A stretch of DNA of 64,000 nucleotides, from positions 8,370,001-8,434,000 of the forward strand of contig OZ024749.1 of NCBI GenBank assembly GCA_964016885.1, in the 5' to 3' direction. The notes beneath the pieces were generated by a model. That model saw nothing but the letters and a program-made list of their open reading frames with translations. It was not told where the DNA came from and searched no databases. Source of the DNA: Eledone cirrhosa. Taxonomy: Eukaryota. The position numbers and the translations under genes are program-made. Below, piece after piece: positions 16,480 to 34,220 of this stretch; the first letter of the stretch is position 1, and each line of letters opens with the position of its first letter.

Positions 16480-16990
16480 CGGGTCACTCTTGAGTGCTAC
16501 TGGTAACATGTAACTCAGTACATGTCTCACGGTCGGGTCGTCGGTGATTAAACCGGCAACCCCACCAAGTTTACTTGGTGTGGAATGTGATTCTGGACAC
16601 CCTGCAGGAAAAATAAAACCTGACAAAGAGCGGAGAACTCATAAGAGTCAACGGTCATCCAAAAATGTGTAAATATGTATATACACATGTACTGTGCGGT
16701 TAAACCACTGGGAGTGAAGGACCCCTAGCCTTTGTCAGGGCATTCTTCTAGGAGAAGGCAACTCAGGAAACTGGGATAACTCCGACATAAAACCTGCGGC
16801 TCAGTTACTGATGGTGTTGATTTTTTTCTTCTTTTCGAGTTATAGCTACTGTCGCTCAGGGAGTGGGATTGGCTCAGTGCAGAGTCTTTCTTCTCTTTAA
16901 AAAAAATGTGCACGCACAGGCATTGCACGATTAATAATGGTATATCGTGCAATGGCTATACTCGATAACGTGGGGTAGCCATAACGTATG
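16480..16990 (+). mobile_element. Non-autonomous RTE-related short element (subfamily B), (TATG)n tail
   Basis: 5' module shared with 19023; TCTAGGAGAAGGCAACTC; 3' end GGCTATACTCGATAACG..GCCA. Confidence 0.7.
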
Positions 16991-17008
16991 TATGTATGTA
17001 TGTATGTA

Positions 17009-17325
17009 AGGACGGAGGAACGCAGGAGAGTCAACGGCCATCCAATAAAGTTTTTTTATTTTGTGGAGCGAGAGACTCCTAGTCTTCATTAACATATCTC
17101 TCTAGGAGAAGGTCACTGTGATATAAAACTTGCGACTTCGTGTCCATCCAATGATGTAGACCAGTTCTTCCTTTTGGGTAAATGCATTTAATGTTCAAAG
17201 AGTGGGATTGGACCCGTGCAAAGCCTTTCCTCATTTCAAAACACTGGCATCGATTGATTTGTGACATCTTTTCCGATGTATGGTATTGTTAACCATGGGC
17301 AAGTACCTAGCAGGACGAAAATGGG
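17009..17325 (+). mobile_element. Diverged fragment of the same RTE-related short-element group
   Basis: GAGTCAACGGCCATCCAA, TCTAGGAGAAGG and GAGTGGGATTGG motifs shared with the other copies. Confidence 0.55.
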
Positions 17326-18565
17326 CATCTGCTGGGCAGCTAACTTCCACTACTGTGCATGCCTTCTTTTCCCTGTCCCATATCATTATATCTAGTCTGT
17401 TATGCCTGCATTTTATAGGGGTTTTTACTGGAACATTCCACCAGTTCTCTATCATATTATGTATATGTATGTCTTCCACATTGCTGTAGCTTTTAATGTG
17501 TTTATTATCGGGGCTATCGTTTCTACGGATTGCATTGTACAGTGTTTTGGCCACTACATCATGCCTCATATGTAGATAGTACCATGATGATATATTTGGA
17601 CTGCTGCTGATGACATGGGTGATATCCTCGATGTTAGTTCCGCAGAGTCTGCACTTGTTATCACATCTAGGTGTTTTGCCTGCATCCCTATCTCTTTTGT
17701 GAATCAGGTATTTCGTGTTAATCTCCTGTTCTTGGATTGCAAAAGCGTATCCTTCAAAGTGGGAGCCAATATAGCGGTTGTTGGTCCAAGATAGACTACT
17801 TTCCTTATCTATATTACTCTCAATCTGGAGCTTCCTGGCAACATATCCATGCATGATTTTTTGTTGATAAGCGTGTAGTTTTTCATCCATGGATTCACTG
17901 CGGTATTGTTGGGCAACTTCCCTGGGTGTGAGTTTTTGCTTATCATGCAGGGAGTCTTTTTCAAGGAGTTCCTTCCCAACTCTCATGATCTTATCTGTCA
18001 TGCAGACATACATGCTCAATAGATGGGCTCCTATGTTTGGATGTCCATAGATGTTGTCGGAGGGGATATGATGCAACACTCAAATGCTGTCTAGACTGAT
18101 GTTAGGCCTCTGCCTCCCTGCTTACCTTTCAAGTAGAGGCGGTTTATGTCACTGTTGATATGGAATTTTCCGGTGTTGTTTAGTATTTTTCGAGTTCTAA
18201 CATCAATTGTCCGGATTTCATCTATCGTCCAATTCAGTATTTCAAACGTTGGTGTTAGGACAGGCACAGCAAACACATTGTGAGCCACTGTTTTGTTTTG
18301 CGCAGAGAGTTCCGATGACCATATGTTTCTTAATCGGGTGTAATATTCCCTGGTTACGCGCTCCTTATTACATATACCATTATAGGATATGTTCTCATCT
18401 ATCCCCAGGTATCAGTAGCAGTCCTCATTAGACATCGGTGAAACAGTTAGGCCATTGATGACAATGTTGCTAGATTGGGTTGTAGTTTTCCCCGCTTTAC
18501 AGTCATGTATGAGCATTTATCTTGGCCAAACTCCATTCCTATAACTTTGGAGAATGTTGTAATCA
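17326..18565 (-). mobile_element. Second R4/Dong-like fragment, truncated at both ends
   Basis: Highly similar to 15070-16075; extends 5' to FSKVIGMEFGQDKC (RT). Confidence 0.88.
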
Positions 18566-18640
18566 ATGCATGTATGCATGTGTGTATGTATGCATGTGCG
18601 TATGTATGTATGTATGTATGGGTGCATGTGTATGTATATT

Positions 18641-18990
18641 CGCGGGGGCATAGAAATAGCTGGGCTAGACACCCGATCGCGTGGTTAAACCACTGGGAGA
18701 GAACGACCCTAACCTTTGTCAGGGCATTCTTCTAGGAGAAGGCAACTCAGGAAACTGGGATAACTCCGATATAAAACCTGCGGCTCAGTAGTTACCGATG
18801 ATGTTGATATTTTCTTCTTTTCGGGTTATAGCTACTGTCGCTCAGAGAGTGGGATTGGCTCAGTGCACAGTCTTTCCTCACTTAAAAAAATATCTTCACG
18901 CACAGGCATTGCACGATAGAATTAATTAATAATTATTAATAATGGTATATTATGCAATGGCCATACTCGATAACGAGGGGGCAGCCATCA
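18641..18990 (+). mobile_element. RTE-related short element, subfamily B (lacks the 5' module)
   Basis: Near copy of 16697-16983; ends GGCAGCCATCATG(TATG)n. Confidence 0.7.
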
Positions 18991-19022
18991 TGCATGTATG
19001 TATGTATGTATGTATGTATGAC

Positions 19023-19628
19023 AGGTCACCAGTTGGTGCTACTGGTAACATGTATCCCAGTACAACCTGTCTCATGATCGGGTCGTTGGCGACTAAACTG
19101 GCAACCCCACCAAGGATTCTTGGTGAGGAGGGTGACTTTGGACATCCTCAGGACTAAAAACAAAACCTGTCATAGGGCAAAGGAGCTCTTAAGAGTCAAT
19201 GGCCATCCAAAATCACCGGGAGAGATGACCCCTTAGCCTTTGTCAAGGCAGAATTCTAGGAGTAGGAAAACTCTGATATAACACCTGCAACTCTGATGGT
19301 ATCCAATGATGTTGACTTGTTCTTCTTTTTGGTAAATATCATCTTGGTTAAGAGAGTGGGACTGGCTTTGTGCAGTGCTTTTGCTCACTATAAAAGCTTC
19401 ACGGCACAGGCATTGCTTTATATCTGGAGATCTCTCTGCACTTGTTGTCACATGGTACCATGGGCCCAGCACTATGTGTCAATAATTGTCACAAGTGTAG
19501 TGTTTGTATCAGAGTTTTCAAGTCGCTGGCTGGACTAAAAAGTCACACTCGTTCAGCGCATCAGTAGGGGTTCTCCTACATGGATATAAAGTAGTGGCCG
19601 TACTCGAAAACGAGTTGGCAGCCACCAT
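19023..19628 (+). mobile_element. RTE-related short element, subfamily A, apparently full length (~600 bp)
   Basis: Near-identical inverted copies at 22797-23304 and 23664-24260; GGAAAACTCTGAT motif recalled from RTE 5' UTRs; 3' hairpin CTCG-AAAA-CGAG and ATGT tail. Confidence 0.75.
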
Positions 19629-19838
19629 GTATGTATGTACGCATATATGTACGTATGCATGTATATATGTATATATATATGTATGTAAGCATGTATCATA
19701 TATATGTATGTGTGTAAGAAGTAGACATATATGGTGACGCCTCGGGGTAATTAATATAAGATTGTCCTGGGTATTTACATCTGATGGAGCCCAGCCCCCT
19801 CCCAGCCATGTGTGTGTGTATGTGTGTGTGGAGGGTAG

Positions 19839-19879
<41 letters not shown>

Positions 19880-20250
19880 TTCGTTTCTGAATTTGTTTAG
19901 CAAGATTCTTTATCTGAAAACGTGTGTTGAAACCGATATTGTTGTACTTTGGGAGGGTCATGTTGCCAATAAGAAACACACGCACCAGATGCTTTCACTT
20001 CAATTTATTATAATAAATTTAGGAAAAGAATCCTCAGTCACTGAAGAGGTCACATAATGTGTGACGAAAGAACTTTGACAATATATAAACAACCACCTGG
20101 TTGTGGAATCAACCAAACAACCGGAAATTTATAAATTCCTAAATTTATGAATTTATGAAATTTATTTATTATAATAAATTGAAGTGAAAGCAAACTGGTG
20201 CGTGTGTTTCTTATTGGCAACATGAACCCCCCCCCCCCCCATCCAAGTAT
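19880..20250 (+). mobile_element. ORF-less inverted pseudo-LTR element with HHR at 20037-20079
   Basis: 19940-20020 is the inverted copy of ~20165-20250; gtca CTGAAGA ggtcaca-taatg-tgtgac GAAA gaac TT tgac. Confidence 0.8.
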
Positions 20251-20904
20251 AATATTATATATATATATATATATGCATACATATGGAATCTTCCTAAGGT
20301 GACAACTGTTTTCCAGCAGGGAAACAGATATTCAGAACTGGAACTTAAACATCATTAGGAGTGTCGTACCTACATTTCTGTATGTAAAGTTGGACTTACA
20401 TTTATATATATATCTACATTACCATATATGTGTATATATTCAGAGATAAGCATTCGGATATATATTTATGTACGTATGTATGTATGTATGTATGTATGTA
20501 TGTATGTGTGTGTGTGTGTGTGTAGATAAATCTCCCAAAATATACGGTAGTGTCCAATCCGTATGAAGAACTCAATGTACTCCAAATATCATGAAAAGAG
20601 AAGATGCATTCATCTAAAGACAGCATAGATATGTGAAGGTATGTATATTTCCTCTGATAGTTTGTAATATTTTAACATATATCTATATGATATACATACC
20701 AACACACATATATATCCTAGAAACGATCGTAAAATGATGAATTTTTTAATATAAGGAACTTGTTCTTTGTTTTTATTCATTGTTTTTATTATTTTATATA
20801 TATATACAGGCACACATGCATGCATATATATTATCTCAGGTCGATTACTCCCATGCTTACATTAATGAGTTAATGATGTATGCCTCATTAAATGTCAATT
20901 GAAT

Positions 20905-21000
20905 AATAATTTCAAACACAAGCACAAGGCCAGCAATTCGAGAGAGTAGAAAGTCGATTAAGTACGCTTGGTCCACAGAAGTGACTGGAACAAGGCAATA
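20905..21000 (-). mobile_element. Degenerate SINE 3' fragment
   Basis: GCACAAGGCCAGCAATT...AAGTCGATTA. Confidence 0.5.
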
Positions 21001-21641
21001 AAGAAAGGCGATATACAAGACAAGTTTACACACACACATCTTCACCCTCGTCAGCTCTCAAACCTGCAAAATTGTTTCGCACGATTTAATTGAGAGTACC
21101 ATTTTAAAATGATGGATCGTGCAACAGAACAGAAAAATAAATCTTTCTGATGGGTTAAAGTACTGATAGATGAAGACAGAGTAAGCTGCAAAGCATCAAT
21201 AGCTCATATAAAACAAAAAACCGTTTATCAATCCAGGTATTCTTAGTATATCGTTCGATATATGTACTATTGCTTCAAACCTGTGCACCTCATGTTTTAC
21301 CAATATGCTTCTATATGGCGTAATTTCACCTCTAGTTATTGCACTAATTCATTTCTCATTAGTTACGCCAATCAGTTGCTAATTTATTTCTATGTGATAT
21401 ATTCCTCTATTTTATTTTGTTCCATTCTCATGGATGTGTTAAGAACATCAATATTCCTATCTATTTTTTCCCCGTAACGAAATGGCGATCTGTACTTTGG
21501 TGCCAACTAAATTATTGATTATTAATCATTTTAGTGATTAATTCATCAATTTCATGTGCTGGCACCAGGCTTAACTCCATTAAAACATTTGTAGAGATTA
21601 AAGATGAAATTTGATTAACAACCTTGGATTTTTCATTTATG

Positions 21642-21682
<41 letters not shown>

Positions 21683-21693
21683 TATATATATAA

Positions 21694-21844
21694 TTAGAAC
21701 GGTCCAGACGTATGTTAATATTATCTAGGATCCAGAAACCTTTGGTAATGGAGTAGTTATATATTGTGTTGTTCACTTTCCAATTAAATAGCTCTTTTCC
21801 ATATATAGAGCACTCTTTTTCTTTTGCATTTTTCTTCGGAATTA

Positions 21845-21846
<2 letters not shown>
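21694..21846 (+). mobile_element. 5'-truncated pseudo-LTR fragment (3' half of an HHR)
   Basis: GAAA cctttgg TA atgg ... ATAGAGCACTC ... TTCTTCGGAA, flanked by (TA)n. Confidence 0.55.
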
Positions 21847-21874
<28 letters not shown>

Positions 21875-21878
<4 letters not shown>

Positions 21879-22120
21879 GTTATATAATAAGCAACATAAG
21901 ATAATTATTTCATTTACCAGTGGTTTCTTGGAGGCTGATGTTGTGTCTGTCTTCAGTCGTCAGAATGAACGACTGAAGACAAACACAACATCTGCCTTCA
22001 AGAAACCACTGGTAAATGAAATAATTATCTTATGTTGCTTATTATATAACTAAAAAGCTATGTAGCCTACATAGAGTACTCTTTTTTCCTGTGCCTTTCC
22101 GACGGAAATACTTCATTTAT
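21875..22120. mobile_element. Fold-back HHR element: 86-bp inverted arms (21875-21960 / 21969-22054); complete HHR on the minus strand at 21909-21969
   Basis: Minus strand reads ttcatt CTGACGA ... GAAA ccactgg TA aatgaa; homologous to 42350-42530. Confidence 0.8.
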
Positions 22121-22158
22121 ATATATATATATATATATATATATCGTAAATCGTAATA

Positions 22159-22207
<49 letters not shown>

Positions 22208-22211
<4 letters not shown>

Positions 22212-22346
22212 GGAGTTACGATTTTAAGAATACGATTGGAAATACATGGATGAGGAAAGCACGATCCAGACAGGAATGGACGGCGTGCTGTGACCAGCGG
22301 CGCTGAATGGACGCCCGACAGACTGGTCGGTCAAGGTGATCAAGGT

Positions 22347-22347
<1 letters not shown>
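22208..22347 (+). mobile_element. Probable 3' end of an RTE-like LINE
   Basis: Reads TIGNTWMRKARSRQEWTACCDQRR*, then a short UTR with a TCAAGGTGA-like tail repeat, within (TA)n. Confidence 0.45.
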
Positions 22348-22377
<30 letters not shown>

Positions 22378-22379
22378 AA

Positions 22380-22610
22380 TAATTGTTTCTACTTTTGGCA
22401 CAAGGCCAGCAATTACCCAGTACATTACTGGTACTTTATTTTATCGACCTCTGTATGGATGAAAGGTAAAGTTAACCTCGGCGGGATTTGAACTCAGACC
22501 GTAAAGGGACGTAACTATGCTGGAAATTCAAATAATTGTTTCTACTTTAGGCACAAGGCCAGCAATTATCCAGTGCATTACTGGTACTTTATTTTATCGA
22601 CCCCGTATTT
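22380..22610 (-). mobile_element. Two tandem SINE fragments (Nin/Deu-like)
   Basis: GGCACAAGGCCAGCAATTA..CTGGTACTTTATTTTATCGACC occurs twice. Confidence 0.75.
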
Positions 22611-22796
22611 CAAATAATGGTAGTTAAGACGGGAATAAATCATCATAATTGTGTATTGCGTTATATATATTTCTGTTACATGGCTATTCATGTGACTTCG
22701 TCAGCTTCTTACGTAATCATTGGTGCAGTTATGCAATCATTGATATGCCGGTGGCCATGCACTTCCATCCATAAGTGGTTCTACATATATATATAC

Positions 22797-23304
22797 ATGG
22801 TGGCTGCCAACTCGTTTTCAAGTACGGCCACTACTTTATATCCATGTAGGAGAACCCCTACCAATGCGCTAAACGGGTGTGACATTTTAGTCCAGCCAGT
22901 GACTTGAAAACTCTGGTACAAACACTACACTTGTGACAATTATTGACACATAGTGCTGGGCCCATGGTACCATGTGATTACAAGTGCAGAGAGATCTCCA
23001 GATACAAAGCAATGCCTGTGCCGTGAAGCTTTTATAGTGAGCAAAGGCACTGCACAAAGCCAGTCCCACTCTCTTAACCAAGATGATATTTACCAAAAAG
23101 AAGAACAAGTCAACATCATTGGATACCATCAGGGTTGCAGGTGTTATATCAGAGTTTTCCTACTCCTAGAATTCTTCCTTAAAGGCTAAGGGGGTCATCT
23201 CTCCCGGTGATTTTCGATGGCCATTGACTCTTAAGAGCTCCTCTGCCCTTTGACAGGCTTTGTTTTTAATCCTGCAGGATGTCCAAATTCACCCTCCTCA
23301 CCAG
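22797..23304 (-). mobile_element. RTE-related short element, subfamily A, 5'-truncated
   Basis: Reverse complement of 19122-19628. Confidence 0.75.
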
Positions 23305-23311
23305 GGAAAAA

Positions 23312-23352
<41 letters not shown>

Positions 23353-23604
23353 ATATACACACACATACATTATACAAATACATTATACGTATGGTATATA
23401 TATTAGTGCATACGTCAGCTGGTAATCGGAGTATTTAATTTTCTGATCACTTTTGCTGTTTCCAGCTTCGTTTCTAAAACATTCTTCAAAATTCACATTA
23501 ATTATGGAGTTGGTGGTAATTCTTGCTGAATAACCAGACCCCTAATTAACTTCAGCTGTCATATATACACACTTCACATTCACACCATATGCATATATAT
23601 ATAT

Positions 23605-23663
<59 letters not shown>

Positions 23664-23666
<3 letters not shown>

Positions 23667-24256
23667 TGGCTGCCAACTCGTTTTCGAGTACGGCCACTAC
23701 TTTATATCCATGTAGGAGAACCCCTACCGATGCGCTGAACGAATGTGACTTTTTAGTCCAGCCAGCGACTTGAAAACTCTGGTACAAAGACTACACTTGT
23801 GACCATTATTGACGCATAGTGCAGGGCCCATGGTACCATGTGATGACAAGTGCAGAGAGATCTCCAGATATAAAGCAATGCCTGTGCTGTGAAGCTTTTA
23901 TAGTGAGCAAAGGCACTGCACAAAGCCAGTCCCACTCTCTTAACCAAGATGATATTTACCAAAAAGAAGAACAAGTCAACATCATTGGATACCATCAGGG
24001 TTGCAGGTGTTATATCAGAGTTTTCCTTCTCCTAGAATTCTGCCTTGACAAAGACTAAGGGGTCATCTCTCCCGGTGATTTTGGATGGCTATTGAGTCTT
24101 AAGAGCTCCCTTGCCCTTTGACAGGTTTTGTTTTTAGTCCTGCAGGATGTCCAAAGTCACCCTCCTCACCAAGAAACCTTGGTAGGGTTGCCAGTTTAGT
24201 CGCCAACGACCCGACCATGAGACAGGTTGTACTGGGATACATGTTACCAGTAGCAC

Positions 24257-24260
<4 letters not shown>
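23664..24260 (-). mobile_element. RTE-related short element, subfamily A
   Basis: Reverse complement of 19032-19628. Confidence 0.75.
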
Positions 24261-24287
<27 letters not shown>

Positions 24288-24479
24288 ACCATAGATACAT
24301 ACATATATACATTCATACATACATTCATGCATATATATATACACATATATATATATATTCATAGATACATACATATATATATACATTCATAAATACAATA
24401 TATGTAAATATATACATGTATATATATATATATATATATACACACACATATATATACATATATATATATATATATAATA

Positions 24480-29065
<4,586 letters not shown>

Positions 29066-29132
29066 GCAATTATATAGACAATTATATAGATCCATAAAGC
29101 TTGTTGAATCCCAACAAATTAAATATAACCTC

Positions 29133-29184
<52 letters not shown>

Positions 29185-29187
<3 letters not shown>

Positions 29188-29465
29188 TTTCTGAATTTGT
29201 TTAGCAGGATTCTTTATCTGAAAACGTGTGTTGAAACCGATATTGTTATACTTTAGGAGGGTCATGTTGCCAATAAGTAACACACGCACCAGTTGCTTTC
29301 ACTTCAATTTATAATAATAAATTTATAAATTTAGGAATTTATAAATTTCCGGTTGGTTGGTTCCACAACCAGATGGTTATTTATATATTGTCAGAGTTCT
29401 TTCGTCAAACATTCTGTGACCTCTTCAGTGCCTGGGGATTCTTTTCTTTGTTTTTGTGCCTCTCC
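29185..29465 (-). mobile_element. ORF-less pseudo-LTR element with HHR at 29390-29432
   Basis: Minus strand reads ggca CTGAAGA ggtcacagaatgtttgac GAAA gaac TC tgac; same family as 19880-20250. Confidence 0.8.
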
Positions 29466-29529
29466 ACGGAGACGACAACAACACACACCAACAACGGCAC
29501 ACACCAACAACAACCTTTGTTGTTGGTGT

Positions 29530-31360
29530 GTAGTGGAGATGGTTGTGGTGTAGTGGCGGTGGTGGTGTAGTGGAGGTGGTGTAGTGGTGGTGATGGTTGT
29601 GTAGTGGTGGTGGTGTAGTAGTGTTGGAGGTAGTGGTGATGTTGTAGAGGTGGTGATGTAGTGGTGGTGTAATGGTGGTGTAGTGGTGGTGGTGGTGGTG
29701 GTGGTGTAGTGGTGCTGGTGTACTGGTGGAGGTGTAGTAGTAGTGGTGGTGGTGGTGGTGGTGTAGTGGTGGTGGTGGTGGTGGTGTAGTGGTGGTGGTG
29801 TAGTGGTGGTGTAGGTGGTGGTGTAGTGGTGGAGGTGTAGTAGTAGTGGTGGTGGTGGTGTAGTGGTGGTGGTGGTGTAGTGGTGGTGTTGTAGTGATGT
29901 TGGTGTAGTGGTGGTGTTGGTGGTGGTGGTGGTGTTGGTGGTGGTGTAGTGGTAGTGGTGGTGTAATTGTGGTCGTGTAGTGGAGATCGTGGTGTATAGT
30001 TGGTGGTTGTGTAGTGGTGGTGGTGGTGTAGTGGTGGTGGTGGTGGTGTAGTGGTGGTGGTGGTGGTGTAGTGGTGGTGGTGGTGTAGCGGTGGAGGTGT
30101 AGTGGTGGTGGTGGTGTAGTTGTGGCAGTGGTGTAATAGTGGTGGTGCTGGTGTAGTGGTGGCGGTGGTGTAATGGTGGTGGTGGTGGTGTAGTGGTGGA
30201 GGTGGTGGTGTTGTAGTGGTGGTGGTGGTGTAGTGCTGGTGGTGTGTGGTGGTGGTGTAGTGGTGGTGGTGTAATGGTGGTGGTGTAGTGGTTGTCGTGG
30301 TGTAGTGTTGGTGGTGGTGTAGTGGTGGTGGTGGTGTAATGGTGGTGGTGGTGTAATGGTGGTGGTGGTGTAGTGGTGGTGGTGGTGGTGTAGTGGTGGT
30401 CGAGGTGTAGTGTTGGTGGTGGGGTAGTGGTGGTGGTGGTGAAATTGTGGTGGTGGTGGTGGTGGTGGTGGTGGTGGTGGTGGTGGTGGTGGTGGTGGTG
30501 GTGGTGATGGTGGTGGTGGTGGTGCTGATGGTGATGGTGGTGGTGGTGGTGGTGGTGATGGTGGTGGTGGTGATGGTGGTGGTGATGGTGGTGGTGGTGG
30601 TGGTGATGGTGGTGGTGGTGGTGACGGTGGTGGTGGTGGTGGTGGTGGTGGTGGTGGTGACGGTGGTGGTGGTGGTGGTGGTGGTGGTGACGGTGGTGGT
30701 GGTGGTGATGGTGGTGGTGGTGGTGGTGGTGGTGGTGGTGATGGTGGTGGTGATGGTGATGGTGGTGGTGGTGGTGACGGTGGTGGTGGTGATGGTGGTG
30801 ACGGTGGTGGTGGTGGTGATGGTGGTGGTGGTGACGGTGGTGGTGGTGGTGGTGGTGGTGGTGGTGGTGATGGTGATGGTGGTGGTGGTGGTGACGGTGG
30901 TGGTGGTGGTGATGGTGGTGGTGATGGTGGTGGTGGTGGTGACGGTGGTGGTGGTGGTGGTGGTGGTGGTGGTGATGGTGGTGGTGGTGGTGACGGTGGT
31001 GGTGGTGGTGGTGGTGGTGGTGGTGATGGTGGTGGTGGTGGTGACGGTGGTGGTGGTGGTGGTGGTGGTGGTGGTGGTGATGGTGGTGGTGGTGGTGACG
31101 GTGGTGGTGGTGGTGGTGACGGTGGTGGTGGTGGTGATGGTGGTGGTGGTGGTGGTGGTGGTGACGGTGGTGGTGGTGGTGGTGGTGGTGGTGGTGACGG
31201 TGGTGGTGGTGGTGACGGTTGTGGTGGTGACGGTGGTGGTGGTGGTGGTGGTGGTGACGGTGGTGGTGGTGGTGGTGGTGGTGACGGTGGTGGTGGTGGT
31301 GACGGTGGTGGTGGTAGCGGTGTTGGTGGTGGTGGTGACGGTGGTGGTGGTGGTGGTAAT
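29530..31360. repeat. (GGT)n microsatellite with GTAGT, GAT and GAC interruptions
   Basis: Directly visible; source of the poly-T/P/V/H ORFs. Confidence 0.95.
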
Positions 31361-31549
31361 GTCATTGCCGATGATGATGATGACGACAGTGCTGATGTCA
31401 ACGATGGCGGTGACAAGGCAAAGTAATAGACGGAGGGGGAGGGGGGGAGAAGAAGAAATCTGAGTGTGATGGAGGAGGGGGAAGGGGGGAGGAGCAGGAG
31501 GGGGAGGTAGAGAGTAGGAACATGGGAGAGGCGGAGGGGGAGTGATGAA

Positions 31550-32973
31550 GGTGTGTGTGTATATGTGTGTGTATATATGTGTGTGTGTATATGTATATAT
31601 ATATATATATATGTATGTGTATATATGTGTGTGTATATATGTGTTTGCATATATGTGTATATATATATATGTGTGTGTATATATATGTGTGTGTATATAT
31701 GTGTTTGTGTGTATGTGTGTGTATATGTGTGTATATATCTGTGTGTATAACTGCGTGTGTATATATATGTGTATATAAATATATGTGTGCGTTTGTGTAT
31801 ATATGTGTGTGTATGTATATGTGTATATATGTGTGTATATGTATATATGTGTATATATGTGTGTATATGTATATATGTGTATATATGTGCATATATATGT
31901 GTGTATATATGTGGGTGTATATATGTGTGTTTGCATATATGTGTGTGTGTATATGTGTGTGTGAACATATATCTGTGTATACGTATGTATGCGTACCTGT
32001 GTGTGTCTGATTATCTACGTATATGTGTGCATATATATGTGTGTGAATACGTGTGTGTTTGTATGTTTGCACGTGTGTGACTGCGTGTGTATGCATATAT
32101 CTGCGTGCGTAGATGTTTGTGTGTGTACGTATGTGTATGAACACGTGCGTGTGCGTATATGTGTGTGTATGTGTGTTTAAATGTGTACGTATGTGTATGT
32201 GTACCTACGTGTATGTGTACGTATGTGTCTATATGAAGGCATGTCTGTATGTTTATGTTATGGTGTATGTTGATGTGTGTGTAGATGTGTGTATGTGTAC
32301 GTATGTGTGTGCGTAGATGTGTATGTATTTGTATGTGTGTGTGTTCGTATGTGTATGTACGTATGTGTGTATGTGTATGTGTACGTATGTGTGTATGTGA
32401 AGGAATGTGTGTATGAGTATGTGAAGGAATGTGTGTATGAGTATGTGAGGGTGTATGTTGATGTGTGTGTAGATGCGTGTATGCGTGTATGTATACATAT
32501 ATGTGTGTGCGCGTAGACGTATATGTGTACGTATGTGTGAGTGTGTAGGTGTACGTTTGTGTGTGTGCAGATATGTGTTTATGTACGTATGTGTGCCTGT
32601 GTGTATGTGTGGGTGTGTGCTTGTATGTGTGTGTGTAAAGATACGTGTATATGTGTGTGTGTATGTGTGGGTGTGCATCTATGTGTGTGTAAACATAAGT
32701 GTATATGTACAGATGTGTGTGTGTGTATGTGTGTGTGTAGATGTGTGTATATATATACGTATGTGTGCCTGTGTGTATGTGTGGGTGTACGTCTCTCTGT
32801 GTATGTATATATATATATATATATATGTAGGTATGTGTGTATGTGTTTATATGTATAGATGTGTGTATATGTATAGATGTGTGTATCTGTATGTATGTGT
32901 ATATGTGTGTATGTGTGTATGTGTGTGTGTTTGTGAGTATGTGTGTGTATGCGTGTATGTGTATATGTGTGTA

Positions 32974-33008
<35 letters not shown>

Positions 33009-34110
33009 ATGTGTGTATGTGTATATGTGTGTATGTGTGTATGTGTGTATGTGTGTGTATGTGTGTATGTGTATATGTGTGTATGTGTGTGTATGTGTGT
33101 ATGTGTAGGTAGTTATGCCTCATCACGTAGTGCAGTGTTGTGTAAGTTTAGTGTGTATAGATTGTGACCATGTAGTTTACCAGTGTGTATAATTAATCAG
33201 ATGTGTATATGAATACACATATATATGTATGTATATATGTATATGTATACATATATATTTATACATATGTATATGTATATATGTGTATGTATACATATAT
33301 ATTTGTACGTATGTATATATGTATATGTGTATATGTATACATATATATATTTGTACGTATGTATATATGTATATGTGTAGATGTAGATGTATACATATAT
33401 ATATTTGTACGTATGTATATATGTATATGTATACATATATATTTGTACATATGTATGTATATATGTATATGTATACATATATATATGTACATATGTATGT
33501 ATATGTGTATGTGTATATGTATACATATGTATTTGCACATATGTATGTATATATGTATATGTGTATATGTATGTGTATCTATTTGTACATATGTATATAT
33601 GTATATGTGTATATGTATGTGTACATTTGTACAATTGTATGTATATGTGTATATGTATACATATATATTTGTACATATGTATATATGTATATGTATACAT
33701 ATATATATATACATATGTATGTATATGTGTATATGTATACATATATATTTGCACATATGGATGTATATATGTATATGTGTATATGTATACATATATATTT
33801 GTACATAGGTATGTATATATGTCTATGTATACATATATGTACATATGTATGTATATATGTATATGTGTATATGTGTATATATATACATATATATTTGTAC
33901 ATACGTATGTGTATATGTATACATATACATATATGTACATATGTATGTATATATGTATATATGTATATATGTATATGTGTATATGTATACATATATATTT
34001 GTATATAGGTATGTATATATGTCTATGTATATATATACATATATGTACATATGTATGTATATATGTGTATATGTGTATGTATACATATATATATATATAT
34101 ATATATGTAT
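31550..34110. repeat. Degenerate (TG)/(TA)/(TATG) microsatellite
   Basis: Directly visible. Confidence 0.95.
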
Positions 34111-34177
34111 GAGTGCAGATATGTGTCCATATGTGTGTGGGCAAATCTCTTCATGCATCTTATTGCAGACGTCACAT

Positions 34178-34183
34178 CAACAG

Positions 34184-34220
<37 letters not shown>

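Noticed and set aside
21064-21132. Possible minus-strand HHR (GCACGAT/ATCGTGC stem, GAAA caatt)
   Set aside because: CUGANGA box missing
19233-24058. Recurrent 79-80-aa ORFs (MLGPWYHV..., MVSNDVDL...)
   Set aside because: Repeated only because the short-element copies are young; open on both strands and no recognisable domain
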